Part shown: positions 50,055 through 64,000 of the stretch, one piece after another | Numbering within the stretch: position 1 is the stretch's first letter | Layout: each line of letters begins with the position of its first letter | Assembly: GCF_009914755.1 (NCBI RefSeq) | Contig: NC_060944.1 | Strand: one strand, 5' to 3' | Length of the DNA: 64,000 nt | DNA from: the human T2T-CHM13v2.0 reference genome, Homo sapiens | Program-made: the position numbers and the translations under genes | Notes under the pieces: model-generated | Told to the model about the DNA's origin: nothing | Database searches by the model: none | The model's input: the letters and a program-made list of their open reading frames with translations, nothing else

Positions 50055-51670
50055 ACCTCACTTTCCTTTGCTGATTCTTCCTCATCTCCCCAGCAACTAA
50101 ATGTTGGAATGTCCAAAGACTCAACAGTTAGACTACTTTTCTTCCACTCATTTTAAAGAAAAATGTCTATGAAGTGTTTTGGATATAAAGTGAAGCAGCT
50201 GGTTGCACTGGAAATTGAGGTAAGAATAATAACTCCATAGATCAACCTCCTCCTCCAGTCGCCACTCCATTTCTTTACTTCCATTTACAGCAAAGTTATT
50301 TGAAAGAGTTCTCTACACCTATTACCTCAAATTCTTTCCTTCCATTTTCTCTTTAAGCCCTCTATAATCAGCTTTTTGCTTTCACCTCTCCACCAAAACC
50401 CCTCTTTATCAAAATAAGAAATGACTTCCAATGCCAAATCCAATAGCCTGTCCTCAAATCTAATTTCACAAGGCCCAGCAGCAGCATCTGATAAAGTTGA
50501 TCACCTGCTTCTCCTTGAAACACCCTTTTCCCTTGTTTTTTAGGACACCACTCTCACCTGGTTCTCCTCTGACCTCTATGATTATAACTTTTCAGTCTCC
50601 CTGGTTGCTTCCCCAACTTATAAGTACAAAATTTCCCCAGGAATCTTTTCTCCTGTCTGTGTTCACCTCCTTGGTGATCTCATCCAAATGTTTTTTAAAA
50701 AAATGTTTATATGCTGAGATTCCCTAATATGTATCTCCATCTTAGTCCTTTCTCCTAAACTCCAGACACACATATCCAGCTACCTTTTGGGCCTCCCCAT
50801 TTGATGCCTAACAGGCATCTTGAAATTAACATGTCCAGAACTGAGTTTCTGCTACTTCCCCTCAAGTCTTTTCCCCCAACTTCACCTTCTTCCTCACCCT
50901 AGTAAATGGCAATTCTATTCTTCTGTTTAGGCCAAAATCTTAAGAGTCATCATTGCCTTTTCTATTTCCCTCATATCTCTATCCAACCCAACAGCAAATC
51001 CCATTGGCTCTATCTTAAAATACACACAGAAGCCAACTACTTCTCACCACCTGTGTGGATAATGCTCTAGTCCAAGTCATTATTATCACTCACCTCTATG
51101 GCAACAACCTTCCACCCGGCCTCCCTTTCAGCAGCTGGAGTCACCTCTTAAGATGTAAGTCAGTTCATATCATTCCACTGCTCATTACTCCCCAGTGGCT
51201 CCCATTTCAGGGGAAAAGCCCAAATACTGACCATGGATAAAAAACTATGTAATCTATCTGACCTTCCATTGCCTACTCTGACCCACTAAGACCGGCCTTC
51301 TCACTGTCCCTCCAACACACCAGGCACACTCCTACTTGAGAGTGTTTGCACCTGCTATTCCCTATGCCTGGAATGTTCTTGCCTTGCTCCCATAAATCCT
51401 CCAAGACTTTACTCGAATGACACCTTTGAAGTGAAACCTACCTAACGCTGGAATCCCTGTACCTCCTAACCCCTTCCCTAGCTTCACATCTCTTTTTAGC
51501 ACTTATCACAAACATAGTATAGGCCTTACTTATCTTGTTCGTTATTTCCCCCACCAGTATGTAAGTCCTCAAGTACAGGGATTCTTGTCGCTTGGTTCAC
51601 TATGATGTCCCCAGAAAAGTACCTCAATATAGAAGGCACTCAATGGTATTTAATAAATAATTCATTCAAA
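50055..51670 (+). mobile_element. L2 LINE
   Basis: Pyrimidine-rich L2 body (ctcctaaactccagac, aacatgtccagaactga, cctatgcctggaatgttctt) ending gcactcaat...aataaataa. Confidence 0.8.
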
Positions 51671-52419
51671 AAATGAGATACTGTGTTTTATCAAACTTTT
51701 ACTCCTAAGTAAACTGAGGTTTTTTAATAGCTGAAATCTCAAGCCAAGTAATAAGGCTTCCTTCTTAGTCAGTCATTATTAGCTACTGTAATAACCCTAA
51801 CTCTTAACTGTTCAAAATTTTACCATGATATTCACAAAAGCCATCAATGGAAGAAATCAAAGAATTATTGGGGTTCTAATCTGTTTTAGGAAGCACATTT
51901 AAAATAACATTAATTTTCTATTTCAAATGAAGAAAGATCTATTTCCAAGTACTCTGAGCATCTCCTACTAGTGAATTGTTAATATAACCCTCATCCTAAA
52001 TTAAGTTTCATTTTATCGCTTCAACATTGCAGCAGACAGTGCAGTCCAAACATGTACAGTACAGTGATGACAGCTCAAGAGCATAAAAGCAAACTGTCAG
52101 TACCTACCACTTACTGCATCCAGAAGTATTTGAAAGAAATGTAAATAGAGAGAACAGCGCAACCATAGCCAAATGTCTCAATTAGTGAATACTAAAATGT
52201 TAAGTTTTCACAAATTTTCAGTATTGCTTTACTTACAGAACATAAAAGTCATACATTGTAACTATCACAAACAAATTCTAATCCTTAGGATTAAACAGAA
52301 CAAGCACTCCAAGATGAAGACTTTTAAAAAAACATAAACTATATTATTTGGATGAATCATACTGGAATAAAAATGTATTCTAACAGATAGACTTGATTAG
52401 GGTTCAAAATCTACAACAC

Positions 52420-52630
52420 GGGTTAGTCTCAAATGCCTGTGAAGCAGGTCAGGTGTAGGACTGTGGAAGTGAAGCGCCCAGGCTTCACCAAACAGGGCGG
52501 CTACCACCTGGCTCTAACCAATCACTGCCACATAGGAAGTGGGTCCCAGTGTTGCCAAATCATCTGCTCTTATAGGAGAAAACAATCCAGAACTTAAAAA
52601 TCATATTTTAACATAAAATTTTAAATGTTT
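52420..52630. mobile_element. Possible MER103-like DNA transposon fragment
   Basis: ggaagtgggtcccagtgttgccaaatc...ggagaaaacaatccaga. Confidence 0.4.
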
Positions 52631-54608
52631 AAATCTGTGTAAAATTTTTCCATATAATTTGTATTTTATATATATTTAATTTTTTTCAAAGCTGCTATGA
52701 TGAATACAGCTTTTGATCTTAAATCTGGAGATTACTGGGAAGAAAGGACAGTGGGAACAAAATGTTGTATCTACGCACCATCCTAACTCAAAGTTCTACC
52801 CTAAAGCTCAACATGCAGTCACTCATTAAAGAGCTGTCCACCAAATGCCTACTATGTGTTGGGCCCTGTGTTGTCATTAGTACCTGCACATATAAGATAT
52901 ACCTAGTAGATTCCACATCTGTAACTCACCCATTTAATAAAATAATGTAATAAAAGTTGTTACATCATAAAATCAATGGGGGATTCTCAATATTTATAAT
53001 CATAGAAACCAATATCTTTTCTCAAGTTAGTAAGTTAACATGAAATAACAATGACATGACCAAGATTATAGTTTTTGTCTTGAGACTGAAAAAACAAGAG
53101 AAAATTCCTTTCATCATTTGGCTACTGCTTCCCAACCAAAAAACAAAAACACCATAGATAATCATTACTCATTTCCTGTTCATAATAAAGTCAATCATTT
53201 TTAAGTACATTTGTCTCATTTACATGTCATGGTTATATGTCCTGTGAGCAAACAGCAGGCATGAGTCTGGCTGGGAAGATAAATATTTATCTAAAATGTT
53301 GGGTACTAGAAGGTAACAAGGTGATATTCTAAGTTAGGTTCACATCTGTGACTGATAACTACATACGTATGTGGAGATAGAGAAATTAATGTTTTCATTA
53401 CTTTTCATGTTGCTAAAATAAAGAAGTTCATCCACTTCATTTCTACTAACATGGAGGGTCTACAAGTCAAGTAATAGATTAAAATAGACATTTATCTTTG
53501 CAAAGATCTTACCCTACACCATGATTAAAATGAGAATAATTTGAATACATATTATTCGCACCTCTGGGAAGACTTATACTCTTAACAACACAGTAAATTC
53601 CCTCTTTGTTTTTCTATTTATTGCTTTGGAGCAATGTTGAATGAATCATTTGGAAGAAATTAATGATGTAAGACTAATTAGGCAAAAATAAAATTACCAA
53701 CGACTGTTAGAAATTAACTTGAGGCTGAGGAAACTGTTTTTCATACATTCAATCTTCTGCAGTCTTTTCCTGTTTGTGCAAATGACTTTCTAAATAGACC
53801 CAATGGGATCATCCTGGCAGCCCTAAGAGCATGAAAAAGAAACACAAGTTTCTACATTTCAAATTCTGGGCAAACTTAAAAGGTACAAGTAAAATCAGTG
53901 ATTAGCCACTTTTCCTGTGGTTTATAAGTGCACTTGCCAAACTTGGCTGTCTCGGATGTTTTCTTAGTATATAGGTTTATTGGTGGCGCCTCAACTACCA
54001 TCCCGAGGCAGTTGGCTTCCCGCCAGGGATCAGATGCCTTTAGTTGTTGGATAATATAAGAACTAGATTATCAAAAGCAGTTAAAATTTGGTTAAGACTA
54101 AGGCCAATTTGTATCTAGGTGTTTCCTGTCAAATCTAAAATATGGTCCAATAAATCTATTTAGCTGGATACATCCATTCAATGACTAAATGCCATTGGCC
54201 ACTATTGTGAAATGGAAGTCTCTTTTAAGGGATTCATGGTCAATACATCCTGTAGGTGTTCCACTGCCCAGTGCTCAGTGGAATACAAGAAGATTGCCTG
54301 TAATCAAGGTTCACACAAGAGAAATTTAACACAGCTAGTAAGGAATATTCTCCTTTCTTCTTTCAAAAGGAAAATTACCTGGATGGGTGAGCGTAAAAGA
54401 AATGCTGAAGGCACACCTTAGGTTTGATTTAAAAACCTAAGTTGTGGCGCTGTCAAAGTGGTAGACCTCTATCAGATAGTTTTTAGAAAGAGCTCCTTTG
54501 CCACCATTTTGGCTTGAATTGCAGGGTTCAGGGAGGAGTGTCTTTTCTTGTAGCTTCCAACAATTTTTTTTTCCTGTTCTGGGAACTCTGAATTCACTTA
54601 CCAGCTGG

Positions 54609-54652
54609 CTTATTAACTTATTAACATTAACTTATTAACTTATTAACATTAA
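54609..54652. repeat. Perfect 22-bp tandem duplication CTTATTAACTTATTAACATTAA x2
   Basis: Read directly from sequence. Confidence 0.9.
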
Positions 54653-54899
54653 CTTGCAAGTTAGAGTTGCATTTTGTCAAAATGTAATAACCATTACCAT
54701 TTCCACCAAAGGAGCACGGTGAAAATTCAGGTGGCATCACTCTTGTCATAGTCAATATAAATGCCACCTTTGGGAGCATAACTGCAGTGTAAATGGGGCC
54801 TGTGGAGCTGTGGTGTGATGGTCCTGAGAAATTCCCTGCAACTTCCACCATCACCTCCTTCCTCCACCACTACTGCTGCCACCACCACCCATCATAACA

Positions 54900-55090
54900 A
54901 ATGCAGCATCTATTACATGCACTTCATTTTTATTATTCAACTAATTTTCAGAATTCTATCAAAGCATCAATAGATGAGGAAACTAAGGATCAAAGTTGTA
55001 ACTTGCCCTGGCTTATAAAGCAGGGACTCCAGGATTGAAATCCAAGTCTGACTAATTCTAAAGCCCATGCTGTCAATCATTACATGCCTC
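54900..55090 (-). mobile_element. MIR fragment
   Basis: tagatgaggaaactaaggatcaaag...aacttgccc...ccaggattgaaatccaagtctgact. Confidence 0.7.
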
Positions 55091-55106
55091 TTTAAAGACA
55101 ATCTTA

Positions 55107-55320
55107 CCTGGGGAACATAGCAAGACCCTGTCTTGACAAGAAATAAAATAAAAATTAGCCAGGTGAGGTGTGCCCCTGCAGTCCTAGTTACTAGGGAGGC
55201 TGAGGCTGGAGGATCTCTTGAACCCAGGAATTTGAGGTTACAGTGAGCCATAATCGGGTCACTGCACTCCAGCCTGGATGACAGAGCAAGAGCCTATCTC
55301 GTAAAAAACAAAAACAAAAA
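55107..55320 (+). mobile_element. 5'-truncated AluJ
   Basis: Partial left arm plus right arm and A-rich tail. Confidence 0.85.
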
Positions 55321-55737
55321 CCCAGATAGTCTAGCTAATATCATTTTTAAGACTTTCAAAAAACAGAGGTATGATTTTACACACAATAAAGTGCATAGAT
55401 GTTCAGTAAAGGGTTTGATGATTTTTAATGATTTGTATCCCCATGAAACCAAATCCTAAGGAGAACATTTTCCACACAGGACATTTCTATTACTGCCCCC
55501 AAATTCCCTCATGCCCTTTTCCTGAAGCAATCACTTTCTGATTTCTATCACCATAGCTTAGTTGGGCCAGTTATTAAACTTCATATAAATAGAATAATTC
55601 ACTTAGTACTCTTTCATGTCTGGCTTTGTTCACTCAACATAACTTTGTGAACAAAGTTAAAGTTATGTAGGAAAATTATTTAGCTTTGTGAGGGTTTACC
55701 CTTGGCCCAAGAAGATCTTATTAAAGTTTTATAAAAA

Positions 55738-56048
55738 GGCCAGGTGTGCAGTGGCTCACACTTGTAATCTCAGTGCTTTGGGAGGCCGAGGCGGGAGTAT
55801 TGCTTGAGGCCAACAGTTTGAGATTACGCCAGCCTGGGCAACATAGCAAGACCTCATCTCTACAAAACATTTAAAAATTAGCCAGGCCTGGTGGTGTACC
55901 TATAGTCTTAGCTACTTGGGGAGCTGATGCAAGAGGATCGTTTGAGCCCAGGAATTTGAGGTTACAGTGAGCTATGATTGTGCCACTGCACTCCAAGTGG
56001 GTGATACAGTGAGATCCTGTCTCTAAAGTAAGTAAGTAAATAAATAAA
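55738..56048 (+). mobile_element. Alu (AluJ-like)
   Basis: Full Alu with (TAAG/TAAA)n tail. Confidence 0.9.
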
Positions 56049-56789
56049 TTGCATTATTTAGGTAAATAGGATGATTTTATGAGGTTTTCAGACATTAAAG
56101 CTGACAAAAGTTAATAGTCATCACATCAAGATTTACATACATAATCACATTCAAAATGATTAAGAATAAAAGAAAAATATCTCAAATAAATTGCAATTTC
56201 TAGTCAAACACCTATTTCTATATCAATTTTGATTTCTTAATTTATCTTTCATTTACATTTTTTTCTGAATCTCTGTTCAGAAATAATCCTTTGTTACACA
56301 TAAAAAATATTTTTAGCACAAATAATCCTTTGTGTTATTGCCCTAGTCTTAATACCACAAAGCCACCTGTTTTACCTTGGTTATATTTTTATCTTTAAGA
56401 GCCAGATACACTTATTTAGTCAGTTATACCCCAATAACCTTGTGAATAAAAAATTTGAGAATTAAAAACAAATAAGGGTGTTCTTATTTCACCAATCCTC
56501 ACCTAATTTTAGAAAAATCACTTCCCTAAAGCAGCAACTTCGCCTGAAAAATTCTTTATATCCCTAAACAGACTGAAAGAAAAGTGAGATTATGAGAAAC
56601 CTATGACAGTTTACTAGATATTGTGTGCTTTTAGTAGTTTAACACTGGTAATACTTGAAGGCCAAGAGTAAATAGGATAACATTTTAAAATGTATACTTA
56701 ATTAAAGTTTAAAGTACGTAAGCAGTTAGGTAAGCTTGTGAAGAAGCTGACCAAAATACATACATCAGGAGATACAAGTGTCCATTTAA

Positions 56790-57478
<689 letters not shown>

Positions 57479-57479
57479 C

Positions 57480-63055
<5,576 letters not shown>

Positions 63056-64000
63056 ATCAGGAATTTCCCTTAAGCAAGGTTTGGGATCTGAGCCCAGGTG
63101 AAACTCTAGAGAATTCTCCATTCTTATAGTCCAGGCACCAGCATTCTAACCACGGGAGACTTCTCTTTGTTTATAGGCAAGCCGTCAGCTTTCCATGTTG
63201 CTAAGGTGTTCGTTTTGCTCTTTGTAACCTCCTCCAGATTTCTGTGTCATGGAATATTTCTTCACTCTCTTACCCTGGCACTAGGCTTCTGTACAACACT
63301 GCCTGGCCCTTGATGAAGGCCCTGTACATGTTGGGAGCAGGAGAGGTTTTTTAAAATCTCTTTTGCTTTAATCCAGCCTTCTGTTGCAACTGTGTTGCAC
63401 TTGATAAAGGACCACTATGCTTCCGAGTTGTCTTGCGGCTCTCTTGCTATGCCTCTAGTCTTTCTCTGGCCACTGCCATGTATTTGGTGAAAATCTTATG
63501 CACCTTAATGAATCACTCACAATTCTTTGCTCTGCTCCAAGCTTTGGTGTGTTGCCACTTGATGAAGGCCTCACAGAGAAAAACTGGCGGTGGGTATAAG
63601 CTCTCTGTGAATGGAGTGTCTCAGGATTTTAATCTGTCACACCAGCTCACACACGGCCATAAAGATTTCATTAAAAATTTGGCTGATTTGTCTTTATATA
63701 CCTCTGTGTTGAGTTTGACTCCTCCTCCTGCTGCTCTGCCAGGGAATAAAGCAATCAGAGGTTTTTGTCTCCTAGGAAGGGCTTGTCTCTTTCTGGAATT
63801 TAGTTTACTTAGGTTTTTCTCTACCTAATAACTTCTCTGGATACTTTTTAAAAATTTATGATTCTATAGATTATGCAGCTCATTCACATAGTTGGGAGTA
63901 GAAGCAACAGTCTCTTGTAACTTTCTTCATTCTAATTAGAAGTGGAGTTTCTTTGCACTTCTTTTGATAACCCCCCCTTGTGTACATCATGTTTTATACT

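Noticed and set aside
54256-54286. Hairpin GTGTTCCACTG-CCCAGTGCT-CAGTGGAATAC containing CAGTGC (IRE-like loop)
   Set aside because: Lacks the 5-bp upper stem and bulged C geometry of an IRE; it is intronic and antisense to TASP1.

Overview
Primate (almost certainly human) repeat-rich genomic DNA. The minus strand carries the last coding exon (41779-41871, THISRLPPGAVAGQSVAIEGGVCRLESPVN*) and 3'UTR of TASP1 (Taspase 1), recognised from its C-terminal peptide; this implies 20p12.1. Everything right of 41871 is TASP1 intron. That intron holds a GAPDH processed pseudogene (+, 44035-45320) and an old Alu-split MRPS36/KGD4 processed pseudogene (-, ~56790-57478). Downstream of TASP1 lie a two-LTR HERV-H provirus (9245-14056, LTR7, His-tRNA PBS, GAATA TSD, gag deletion) and a full-length but ORF-disrupted L1PA (-, ~26491-32947) that keeps its YY1 site, an ORF0-like frame and antisense splice donors. 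The rest is Alu, old L1M, L2, MIR, MaLR/ERVL LTR and DNA-transposon debris, and most short ORFs in the track are repeat-derived noise. I found no clearly novel biological system. The best hypothesis is a + strand, retroelement-driven transcription unit convergent on the TASP1 3' end. Repeat subfamilies and gene identities come from recalled consensus and protein sequences, not database searches.
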